Source: a virus. From it: a DNA stretch of 64,000 nt. The stretch is from IMG/VR virus record IMGVR_UViG_3300033148_005363, positions 1-64,000 of that record; one strand, written 5' to 3'. This document shows positions 17,634 through 25,877 of the stretch, one piece after another. The notes below the pieces were generated by a model. That model did not search any database. It was not told the DNA's origin and worked only from the letters and a program-made list of their open reading frames with translations. The translations under genes and the position numbers were made by a program. Within the stretch, counting starts at the first letter, position 1. Each line of letters starts with the position of its first letter.

Positions 17634-20263
17634 GTCATCCTCCTTCCGATTGCTTCCGCTGTGGGTATGGATTCGATCGAGCCGTCCGCGTTGAACCACA
17701 GGATCCAGTCTGCCTGCTCCCATATCTCCCGCTGGTGTGACACCAGGACCATCTGCCGAATGCCTCCGATCCGCATCGCCGCCCGCTTCCGCTCGACGTA
17801 CTTCCCGGCATTCGCCTCACTGAGCGCGCCCGTAGGCTCATCGCCCCATAGGGTGAGGATCGGATCCGTCCGCCGCTCGTTGGCCACGATCGTCAGCGCC
17901 TCCCGTAGAGCGTCCCCGACGAACACCTCCTCACCGCCGCTCATATTCAGGAGGTCACCGCGGATCCCCAAGTCGCCGTCAAGGACATCGATGGAGAACA
18001 CGTCCTTGTATGGATCTGCCCCCGCCCTCGCGCTCTTCCGCAGTTTCGTGGTGACAATCTCCACCCGGAACCGTGCCCCCAGCGTCTCCTCAAGGAGCTG
18101 GTTCGCCACCGCTGCCACCCGCGGCCCCGCTGCGTCGATCTCCAGGATCTGGATCCCGTTCCTTCCCAGGGCCTGAGCGAGCGTTGCCCACACCCCGATC
18201 TCCATCTGCAACCGCTGGTTCCGTTCCTGAAGGACAACGCGTGTGGCCTGGAGATCCCCGTAGGTGCCGAGCACGGCGTCCTTGCGGTCGATCTGCGTCT
18301 GGTAGTCACGGGCCTCGTCGTCTGCCTTGTTGGCGCCTCGCGTGGCTTCATGGACCGCGTCTTCCGCTTGGGTCAGATCGGCCTCTACAACCGAGGCCTC
18401 TTCCGGCGTGTCGGCAAGGTCAGCTTCGAGTTTCTCGATTTCCTTCCGCAGCTCGGTAGATCGCGCCTTCTTCTCCTCGTGCCGCGCCCTGTTCGCGTCC
18501 AGCTCCTCGACGCCAGCGGACTGCGCCTGCGCTTCTTTGAGGTCAGCGGCAAGGCTCTGCCCGCGCTGAACAATGCTGGCCACCTTATCTTTCTGCGCGG
18601 GGATCGCATCGAGGGCCGCTGTCTGGCCCGCCTGCGCCGCCTTGCTCTCCTTTTCGGCTGCCTCCAACTCTGAGGCCTTCTCCGCCGCCGTGGCGATCTG
18701 TCGTTCGAGGTCCTCAACCGTCGTCTGGAGCTTGCGCCGGGCCTCAAGGGCTGCGCGTGCCTCCCGCTGCGTCTCTCCCGCCGTCCCGCGTGCGGTAGTC
18801 GCGTCACGCGCCAGCGCCTCGGTATCACCCAGCCCCTCCAGTTCCTGCTGAAGCTCCTCGACCCGCGCCTGCAAGCCCGGGATATCAGCCTGGCCCTTGG
18901 TGGCGTCGGTCAGGAACTGGCACCCGGCGTAGTCGTCGTCGCCGCCGCATGGTACGCCACCCAGGAGTTCAGCGGCCTTCTTCGCTGCTTGCAAACGCTC
19001 TTCCGCGCGCTCCAACCCCGTCGCCTTCTCCCTGGCTGCGGAGTGCGCATCGTTCGCCGCCCGCTCTTCCTCGCGCCGTGCGTCGAACGCTGCTTCCGCT
19101 TCGGTGACCGCCGCCTCCGCGTCCTCCATGGGGGCAAGGTCCGCGAACTCCTCGTCCAAGCGCTTGCGGGCATCGTCGCCCGCCTCGGTGTAACGCTCGA
19201 GTTCCATGACCCGCCGCCGGGCAGTTTCGTCTTTCTCCCGTGCCGCCTTGAGCCGCTCATCCAACCCGTCGCCGATCGCCTTCTCGCGCTGGTAGTCAGC
19301 CCGCAGATTCTCGACCTGTTCCTTGATTTCCACGGCGTCCTTGGCCGCGGCCCGCAGGATATCCTCGTCCTCCAGCGCCCGCCCGAGTTCGATCAGGTCG
19401 TGATCCACCGCCTCGAAATCCAGTTCCCTGCTGGCCAGACGTTCCCGCTTCTCGCGTACGGCCTTGCCCGCGGCCGCCGTAGCCGCCGTAGCCTCCCGCA
19501 GCCCGTCCCGTTCCTTCGTGGCCGCGTCGAGGGTGCTCCGCGCCTCCCGCAACCGGATCGTCGCCTCCTCAAGCCCGATGCGGAGACCGCTCAGTTCGTC
19601 GGTGAGTGACCCCGCCTCTTCCATGCGTCGCTCGTTGGCGTCCAGTGCCGCGGTGAATCGCTCTACCAAGGGGCTCAGGATGCCCGCCCCCTTCGTCGCC
19701 GTCTCTGCCAGGCCCTGCAAGTGCCCGATCCCCAGCATCTCCGTGAAGAGCGACGACCGATCCGTCTTGCTCAGGTTCTGGAATTGGCCAACGCCGCGCA
19801 GCATCCCCGGCTTCTGGACAGCGAACCAATTGGCGTAAAACATCGCCCGCGAAGCGATGTGCTCCTGTACCCACGCGTCATAGGGTGCGGTCTTGCCCCC
19901 TGTCGTCTCATCAATCAGGGTGCCGTTCACGTGGACGTAGCACTCCTGTTTGCCCTTGTTGGTGCCCTTGCCGGTTCCCTTGTCGCCACGGAGGGTGAGG
20001 CGCACGGTGTCACCGTTGCCCGCCTCGTATTCCATTTCAACCATTGAATCCCGGCTATTCGCCAGATCCAGGAAGCCCCCGGGTAACCGCGTGGGAAACT
20101 CCCGGAAGAGCACCGCGGGGGCAGAGGCTTCCAGGAAGGTGGTCTTGCCCGCACCGTTGGCCCCGACGAGGCAGACCAGCCCGTCCGGGATCGCGTCGAA
20201 GTCGATCTCTCGCTCACCGCGGAACCGACCGATATCCTTCAGGCGTACTCGTAGCAGCCTCAT
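17630..20263 (-). CDS. sbcC: SbcC/Rad50-like SMC ATPase
   Basis: GANGAGKTT, long coiled coil, MSGGE signature, DEP Walker B, SH. Confidence 0.9.
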   Translation of the reverse strand: MRLLRVRLKDIGRFRGEREIDFDAIPDGLVCLVGANGAGKTTFLEASAPAVLFREFPTRLPGGFLDLANSRDSMVEMEYEAGNGDTVRLTLRGDKGTGKGTNKGKQECYVHVNGTLIDETTGGKTAPYDAWVQEHIASRAMFYANWFAVQKPGMLRGVGQFQNLSKTDRSSLFTEMLGIGHLQGLAETATKGAGILSPLVERFTAALDANERRMEEAGSLTDELSGLRIGLEEATIRLREARSTLDAATKERDGLREATAATAAAGKAVREKRERLASRELDFEAVDHDLIELGRALEDEDILRAAAKDAVEIKEQVENLRADYQREKAIGDGLDERLKAAREKDETARRRVMELERYTEAGDDARKRLDEEFADLAPMEDAEAAVTEAEAAFDARREEERAANDAHSAAREKATGLERAEERLQAAKKAAELLGGVPCGGDDDYAGCQFLTDATKGQADIPGLQARVEELQQELEGLGDTEALARDATTARGTAGETQREARAALEARRKLQTTVEDLERQIATAAEKASELEAAEKESKAAQAGQTAALDAIPAQKDKVASIVQRGQSLAADLKEAQAQSAGVEELDANRARHEEKKARSTELRKEIEKLEADLADTPEEASVVEADLTQAEDAVHEATRGANKADDEARDYQTQIDRKDAVLGTYGDLQATRVVLQERNQRLQMEIGVWATLAQALGRNGIQILEIDAAGPRVAAVANQLLEETLGARFRVEIVTTKLRKSARAGADPYKDVFSIDVLDGDLGIRGDLLNMSGGEEVFVGDALREALTIVANERRTDPILTLWGDEPTGALSEANAGKYVERKRAAMRIGGIRQMVLVSHQREIWEQADWILWFNADGSIESIPTAEAIGRRMT

Positions 20264-21534
20264 ACCAGCCCCTCCCCGAGCGCATCGGCGCGCTCCGTCG
20301 CGTACGCCAGCACGTCCTCCGGCTCCCGCGTTTCCAACATGCTCAGGAGTTCAGCCAGCAACTCGCCAGCGTCCTCCTGCATGGTCTTGCCCTTCTCCTC
20401 GAGGAAGACATCCAGCTTCTCCCGCAAGGTCTGCACCTCCACAATCCGGGGAGCCCTGACCTTGACCGTGGCAACCGCCGTAGCCTCCAGCTTCACCGAG
20501 TGCGCGCCCATGCCCAGCACCCGATCCCGGACAGCGCGCCGGTCGAAGGCATCGGCCAACGCCTCGTCGTAGTAGACCCGGACACGGACATCCGCGTCGC
20601 TCACCACCGTTGCCACGTCATCCTCACCGATGTTCCCGGTGACCCACAACGCGTCGGCTGTGGCCTCATCGTCGGAGTAATACCCAGGGCCGGTCCCCGC
20701 GTCCTGGAACCAGAGGTCCACCGTCCGCAGAGCCCGGTATGGCGTCGGGATCGCCTCGGTCTTCTTCAGCGCCCCCGTCTTGTAGTCGATCTTGTGCAGG
20801 CAGATCACCCGCTGATCGATCGCCCCGTGCTTATGCTGCATCGGAGCCCCAGCGAAAACGAGCGTCGCACCTTCGGGATTGAGTATCTGGTGCTTGTGAA
20901 TATGACCCAGGCACCAGAGGGACGCCATGGGGGCCAGGTCTTCCGCTCCGAGCTCCACATCGTCGCCGATCAGAGGCTGCCCGTTGTCGATCGTGGTCCC
21001 GATAACGTTGCAATGAGCCAGGCCAACGCGGCACTTCCCGCGGCTCTCCATCTCCAGCCCCTGCAAGACCCCCCGCATGGCCTGCCGGATCGCCTCGTTG
21101 ATGTCCCCGCGCCCCCCCTCGACCTGATCGGCAAGGTACCCACGGTCTGGCCAGGGAATCGCTAGGATACTGACCTTGTCCTTGACACTTAGTGCCCCGT
21201 AGGACACCTCCACCACCTGGGCGCGTTCGACGTAGCGGATCCCGTACTTGCATTCGAGGTGGTCCAGAAACTCCCAATCCCGCGGGTAGTCGTGATTCCC
21301 GCGGACGATGACCACCGGGGCGATGTTGCCCATGGTCTGGAAATGCTGGCGCAGGATCGCCCGCTCCCGCGGAGTAGTTCGCCGGGGCTGGTCATTCGTG
21401 AGATCCCCCGCGCAGAGGACGAGGTCCACCTTCTCGGCAGCCGCCCGCTCTTCGATGAATGTCAGGACCCCCTCGGCACCTTCGAGGCGAGGCCCCTCGG
21501 TGACGTGGAGATCAGCGTAGTGCAGTATTTTCAT
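20260..21534 (-). CDS. sbcD: SbcD/Mre11-like nuclease
   Basis: ADLH, AGDL, GNHD, AH, LGHIH metallophosphoesterase motifs. Confidence 0.9.
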   Translation of the reverse strand: MKILHYADLHVTEGPRLEGAEGVLTFIEERAAAEKVDLVLCAGDLTNDQPRRTTPRERAILRQHFQTMGNIAPVVIVRGNHDYPRDWEFLDHLECKYGIRYVERAQVVEVSYGALSVKDKVSILAIPWPDRGYLADQVEGGRGDINEAIRQAMRGVLQGLEMESRGKCRVGLAHCNVIGTTIDNGQPLIGDDVELGAEDLAPMASLWCLGHIHKHQILNPEGATLVFAGAPMQHKHGAIDQRVICLHKIDYKTGALKKTEAIPTPYRALRTVDLWFQDAGTGPGYYSDDEATADALWVTGNIGEDDVATVVSDADVRVRVYYDEALADAFDRRAVRDRVLGMGAHSVKLEATAVATVKVRAPRIVEVQTLREKLDVFLEEKGKTMQEDAGELLAELLSMLETREPEDVLAYATERADALGEGLV

Positions 21535-21543
21535 GGTCGCCTC

Positions 21544-21663
21544 CTAACGCCTGACCATAACGCGTTCGATGTAAACGGGGATCACTCCCAACAGGAACCA
21601 CCCGGTGTACTCGTACACTGGCCCATTACGGATGTGCCTCTGCCACGTCTTTCTGAGAATCAT
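21544..21663 (-). CDS. Small 39-aa protein (MILRKTW...GWFLLGVIPVYI...), not in the ORF track
   Basis: Fills the intergenic gap exactly; purine-rich RBS; hydrophobic core. Confidence 0.55.
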   Translation of the reverse strand: MILRKTWQRHIRNGPVYEYTGWFLLGVIPVYIERVMVRR

Positions 21664-21665
21664 CC

Positions 21666-22880
21666 TCAGCCCTCCCCGCCGTGGTGCCGCTCAACGTCGA
21701 AGGCATCGTTCCCGGGGTCGCACGACGGGCAGAGCCGGATCCCGTGGTCCTTCGCCGTGGCCCGCGCCTGCCCCTGCGTCACCGTCGCCTTGCAGCCGCA
21801 CGCGCACTCGCAGTGGAGTTTCGGTTCCTCCCTGGAAGCGGGGGGCCGCGCTTTGCCTCCGGTAGCCGTCGAACGCTGGGGGACCTCCGGGAATTCCTCA
21901 TCGACCGGGGGAGGCTCAGGGCGTCCGTCACCGCTCCCCGCCTGAACGTCGATGGTCTTGCCCTTGCCGTCGCTATCGCTGGCCGGCGCGGTCAGGTCGT
22001 CATCCTCGTCAGCCGTGGCCTCCGCGTCAGGCATGGTCGCCAGCTCCTGTTCGAGCAGCGTGGCCGGATCGGAAGGCCCCGTCAGTCCCGGTCGCGTGGG
22101 GATCTCGCCAGCGCCCTGCTTCGGACCATAGAGCGCGTCCGTCATCCCGAGTTGCTGCGCCGCGATCATCCGGTTGATCTCGGGATCGTCCGGCGGGCTG
22201 AACACCATCTTCGCCACGAGGAACGGCTTCTCCAACTCCTCCCGCGAATAGGATGTCTTGACACCGAGAATGGCACGGATCACCCGCAGCATCGCCTTGG
22301 TTTCCGCGTGGGATTCGAGGTGCTCCCTCGTCTGCCAGATCCGATCCCATGCGTCGACCTTCTGCGGCTTCCGCCTCTCGTCTTGGGCCTTCCACTCCTC
22401 TGTCTTCTCCGCTGCCTTGTGCATGTTGTGTACCAGCGGGGAGTTGTCCCGGAGGTCCATCTCCTTTGTAGCTGGCATCTCAGCCATGGAGCCGTCAAAC
22501 CTCGTCATCCGTCCCACCACCCGGTACCGGCAGTAGTGGGGATCCCGGCAGTCGTCAAGGCGCCCGCTCTTCTCGGACACGATTGTAACCCCGGAGGCTG
22601 CCGCCAATTTCAGGAGCATCGGCTTGCTGAGCCCCAATTTTCCACCGCCGGGGATCTTGTAGACCCAGCCATCTTTCACGCCCAACGACGGCACGGATAC
22701 GGTGGTCACCGCGGGGGCAAACATCGGAGGGCATCGCTGCAACATCGCTGGGGTCACCAGGATATTGTGATTCGCCTCCATGCTCTTCCGCACCCGCGTC
22801 AACGCCTCGCGTACCGGGTCGGCGAGTACCAACTCCATCCCCTCCATCTCCCGCTCTGGCCCCTTGGTCTGATCGTTCAC
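21666..22880 (-). CDS. Putative single-strand annealing/recombination protein with C-terminal Zn finger
   Basis: Lies between Cas4-like and sbcD genes; HAETKAMLRVIR..YSREEL..PF; CECACGC..CPSC; function inferred from context. Confidence 0.5.
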   Translation of the reverse strand: MNDQTKGPEREMEGMELVLADPVREALTRVRKSMEANHNILVTPAMLQRCPPMFAPAVTTVSVPSLGVKDGWVYKIPGGGKLGLSKPMLLKLAAASGVTIVSEKSGRLDDCRDPHYCRYRVVGRMTRFDGSMAEMPATKEMDLRDNSPLVHNMHKAAEKTEEWKAQDERRKPQKVDAWDRIWQTREHLESHAETKAMLRVIRAILGVKTSYSREELEKPFLVAKMVFSPPDDPEINRMIAAQQLGMTDALYGPKQGAGEIPTRPGLTGPSDPATLLEQELATMPDAEATADEDDDLTAPASDSDGKGKTIDVQAGSGDGRPEPPPVDEEFPEVPQRSTATGGKARPPASREEPKLHCECACGCKATVTQGQARATAKDHGIRLCPSCDPGNDAFDVERHHGGEG

Positions 22881-23749
22881 TTGGATCCCTCCCGCTTGAT
22901 AAGTTTCGTGGCCGGCAGACGCTCCGTCACCTGCTCGTGCAAACGACAGACGCTCTGGAACTCGCACTTCCCGAGAAGGGTCATGCACTGGAATCCGCGG
23001 ATCTTCCGCTCGATCGCGTCCTCGTAGAACGCCGCAGCCTTGATCGCTTCCGAATGCTCTTCAGCCGTGACCGTCCGATCTGCCTCCGTCACGCCGCCGC
23101 CCATGGTCCGCAGGATCCCGATCCCGTGGATACTCCAGCACCCGAGGAAACCCGCAGTCAGGACCGGCCCGAAGCCCTCAATGAGGAGCGCCTCACTTCC
23201 CGTCCGGTTGATCGGGCCGATGATGTAGATGTCCTTCGTGTCGTCGGTGAAGGCTGCCACCCGCGCCTGGATCTTCTGCGTCCGTCCGCCCGCGCAGGCA
23301 AACTCCCAATCGCTCTTCCAGCCGAAGTGAACATCGCCGGGGTGACGACTGGCAATGGTGACCACCTGCTGAGCGAGGGTGTCCACCATGCCCGCAAGGC
23401 AATCGTATACCGCTTCCACGCTCTTCTCCACGCCCCGGCCCGAAAGGTTGCGGAGCGCGCGGCCCTTCTCTGCGATCATCACGTGCGCTCCGTGGCCAAG
23501 GTCACAGAAGTGCCCCCTGATCGTTTTGTCGCCGACGTGGCTGAGAAATTCCAAATCCTCGTCGGGGTCATCGAGGTCGCCGCCTTCGCGGTTTTCCTCG
23601 TACGCGTCCAGCATGGCCCACGTCGCCTGTTCGAAGACCCGGTTCATCCATGCCCCGACCGTCTCCTCCGCGCGCTGGTACTCGCTCATGAACGCCGCCG
23701 CACGCGGGCACTCCGCCGCCCGATCCAAGACTCCAAACGTCAACCTCAT
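22877..23749 (-). CDS. Cas4/RecB-like (PD-(D/E)XK fold) protein, catalytic motif apparently degenerate
   Basis: N-terminal ECPR and C-terminal C..CEFQSVC 1+3 Cys pattern. Confidence 0.55.
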   Translation of the reverse strand: MRLTFGVLDRAAECPRAAAFMSEYQRAEETVGAWMNRVFEQATWAMLDAYEENREGGDLDDPDEDLEFLSHVGDKTIRGHFCDLGHGAHVMIAEKGRALRNLSGRGVEKSVEAVYDCLAGMVDTLAQQVVTIASRHPGDVHFGWKSDWEFACAGGRTQKIQARVAAFTDDTKDIYIIGPINRTGSEALLIEGFGPVLTAGFLGCWSIHGIGILRTMGGGVTEADRTVTAEEHSEAIKAAAFYEDAIERKIRGFQCMTLLGKCEFQSVCRLHEQVTERLPATKLIKREGSK

Positions 23750-23891
23750 CGGTCCCTCCTCTTGACAGTTCTGTTGGTGATGCGATACAAGAAGTACATC
23801 GAAGACGATCCCCTGTCGTCTACGAAGCCCAAGCGCCTCGGGTGCCCTCCAGCCCCGGGGCGCTTACGCGTCTGGCCTCTTCACGGGGACC

Positions 23892-23921
23892 ACCGTAGAC
23901 CCAGCAGCGAACCCATGTCAA
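23892..23921 (-). promoter_or_regulatory. Sigma70-type promoter for the recombination/replication arm
   Basis: TTGACA-N18-TACGGT on the minus strand in the gap between lysis and replication modules. Confidence 0.6.
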
Positions 23922-23925
23922 GGGA

Positions 23926-23950
23926 AATTCGTCGATCCGTTCGTCGAATT
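23926..23950. promoter_or_regulatory. Putative operator TCGWCGA-N5-TCGWCGA
   Basis: AATTCGTCGA-TCCGT-TCGTCGAATT next to the -35 box; second copy at 63962-63982. Confidence 0.55.
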
Positions 23951-23963
23951 TTGAGGAGGGGGA

Positions 23964-24659
23964 TTACTTGGCGAGGTAGAAGATCAGGACGGACAGGCCA
24001 GCGCCGGCAGCGACGCCCACGCCCGTTTCCAGCCAGCCCCAGCGGAATCCCCCAACGAGCGGGGACGGCGGGGGCTCTATATCCAAGCACTCGTCCAGGT
24101 TCTTCCGGCAGGACTTCAGCCGCTCCTGGCCAGCGTAAATCTTCTCCACATCGCGCCGGTGGAATCCGAAGACCTCCGCGGGCGTCACCAGTTCCCCGGC
24201 CCGCAACAGGTACGGTGCAAAGTAGTCCGCGGGGGTGGGCACCTCGTCCAGAACCACCACCGGGTCCGCAGGAGCCTCCGTAACGGCCTCCGGGGTTGGC
24301 GGGTCCATCGGATCAGCCACGGCCGGAACGGACGACAGGACCACCGAAGCGGCAACCAAGGCACCCAAGATGAAGGCGATCGCACCAGCGGGGCCGTCCA
24401 GGTTGCCCTTCACCGCGTTCAGCAATTCCTCCGAACTCATCCGCCCGGCGGCCGCTTCTGCCTGCGCACCAGCCGCCTCGTGCTCCGCTGCCACACGCCC
24501 CTTCTCCGCTACGTTGACGCGGGCCGCTGCGCGTCGAGCACGGACCGTCATAACGATCACCAGCACCACCAAGCCCACAGCGAACAGGGACAACACCACG
24601 ATCGCCGCGATGGTCCCTGCGCTGCCAGCGGACGCGGCCAAGCTCACCAGATCACCCAT
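23964..24659 (-). CDS. Membrane protein of the lysis region (spanin-like?)
   Basis: Three hydrophobic segments with coiled stretches; follows holin-like genes. Confidence 0.5.
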   Translation of the reverse strand: MGDLVSLAASAGSAGTIAAIVVLSLFAVGLVVLVIVMTVRARRAAARVNVAEKGRVAAEHEAAGAQAEAAAGRMSSEELLNAVKGNLDGPAGAIAFILGALVAASVVLSSVPAVADPMDPPTPEAVTEAPADPVVVLDEVPTPADYFAPYLLRAGELVTPAEVFGFHRRDVEKIYAGQERLKSCRKNLDECLDIEPPPSPLVGGFRWGWLETGVGVAAGAGLSVLIFYLAK

Positions 24660-25575
24660 CGTCCGCGGCCTCGTCCTTCTTCGCGCTGGCCTTCGTGATC
24701 GCCGCGTAGACCACAGCGATCCCGCCGCCCCCAGCCAAGCCCTTCACCAGGGATCCCACCACGTCACCGCCCACGGCGATCGCTACCAGGATCCCCAGGA
24801 CCACAGCTAGGCCGATCGGGATCACGCGGTACCACCCCGGCGAAATCCATTTTCCAAGGCCGTCACGCACCGGGCGCAGACGGAACACAGCGAACAGCAC
24901 GAAGAAGGCCCCCAGCGTGATCGCCAGCGCGTCCTTGTCCTTGATCGCCTGCAACAGCGTCCCCGTCGCGCTCATGACCTCTTCCGCTGTAGCGTCTGAC
25001 TCGGGGTCCGGTATGGCGGGGGGGAGTTCGTCTTCGGGGGCCGCGTCTTCCAGGATCGTAATCGTCGCTGGCCCGCCTTCTGGCATCGGGAGCGGGGGCT
25101 CTGCTTCCGCTTCGACCGCGGGGACTGGCTCCCCGATTGGCAGGGCCTCCCTTACTTCGCCGTCCGGAGCCTCGTCTTCCAGCACCGCGGCCTCCATCGC
25201 CGCCGCCTCTTCCGCCCGCTCGCTGGCCTCCGCCGTGCTCAGGAGGAGCGCGCCCACGGGGACCTCCTCTTCCTCGTACGCCGCAGCCGTCTGAACGTCG
25301 TCACCGCGCACAGGCGGCACCACGTACGCGTACCACAGCACCAGCGCGGCCAGAATCGTCATCGTCATTCCGAATCGTCGCATGATCTCCCTCCGTTGTT
25401 CTCTACCTTTACCAACGGGCACCGACTTCGGCACCCATGCCTCGATCTCCATTGACTCCGCGCGCCCAAGCGCTTTCGTCAGCGCCTCCCACGTGGACCG
25501 CATCCGAAAATGCCGGGACTCCACCACGATCACCAAGGCCCCGAAGGCGATGCAGTACAGAATTGTCCAGAGCAT
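24652..25575 (-). CDS. Multi-pass membrane protein with an acidic linker (holin-like)
   Basis: Two N-terminal and about three C-terminal TM segments. Confidence 0.5.
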   Translation of the reverse strand: MLWTILYCIAFGALVIVVESRHFRMRSTWEALTKALGRAESMEIEAWVPKSVPVGKGREQRREIMRRFGMTMTILAALVLWYAYVVPPVRGDDVQTAAAYEEEEVPVGALLLSTAEASERAEEAAAMEAAVLEDEAPDGEVREALPIGEPVPAVEAEAEPPLPMPEGGPATITILEDAAPEDELPPAIPDPESDATAEEVMSATGTLLQAIKDKDALAITLGAFFVLFAVFRLRPVRDGLGKWISPGWYRVIPIGLAVVLGILVAIAVGGDVVGSLVKGLAGGGGIAVVYAAITKASAKKDEAADDG

Positions 25576-25802
25576 CAGGGATCCTCCTTCTCACCAGCGG
25601 CGATCCGCCGGATTCGTTCCAGCGCCACAGGGTCGTTCTTCGCGCATTTCAGCGCAGCCATGATTTCCACCACGGCCAAAGTGCGCTGGCTCACGTCGAT
25701 CAGTTGTTGAAGCAGGGGTTGCACTCGCCACAGAAGGTAGACCGCTACCGCTGCCGGAAACCCCACCGTTTGAAAGAATTGCCCGATCTCCTGAAGGTCC
25801 AC
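25575..25802 (-). CDS. YvrJ-like small holin
   Basis: VGFPAAVAVYLLWR motif; GTG start after GGGAG; follows the tail fibre. Confidence 0.65.
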   Translation of the reverse strand: MDLQEIGQFFQTVGFPAAVAVYLLWRVQPLLQQLIDVSQRTLAVVEIMAALKCAKNDPVALERIRRIAAGEKEDP

Positions 25803-25877
25803 GTCCGCTTCTCCCGCTGCTGCTGCTGCGCTGTTGTCCCGTCCGTGAATGCACAGGGCACCTTCCTTGGTCACCGA

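Noticed and set aside
22877-23749. Cas4 as an adaptation gene of the type IV locus
   Set aside because: 18 kb away in a recombination operon, no cas1 or cas2, catalytic motif degenerate
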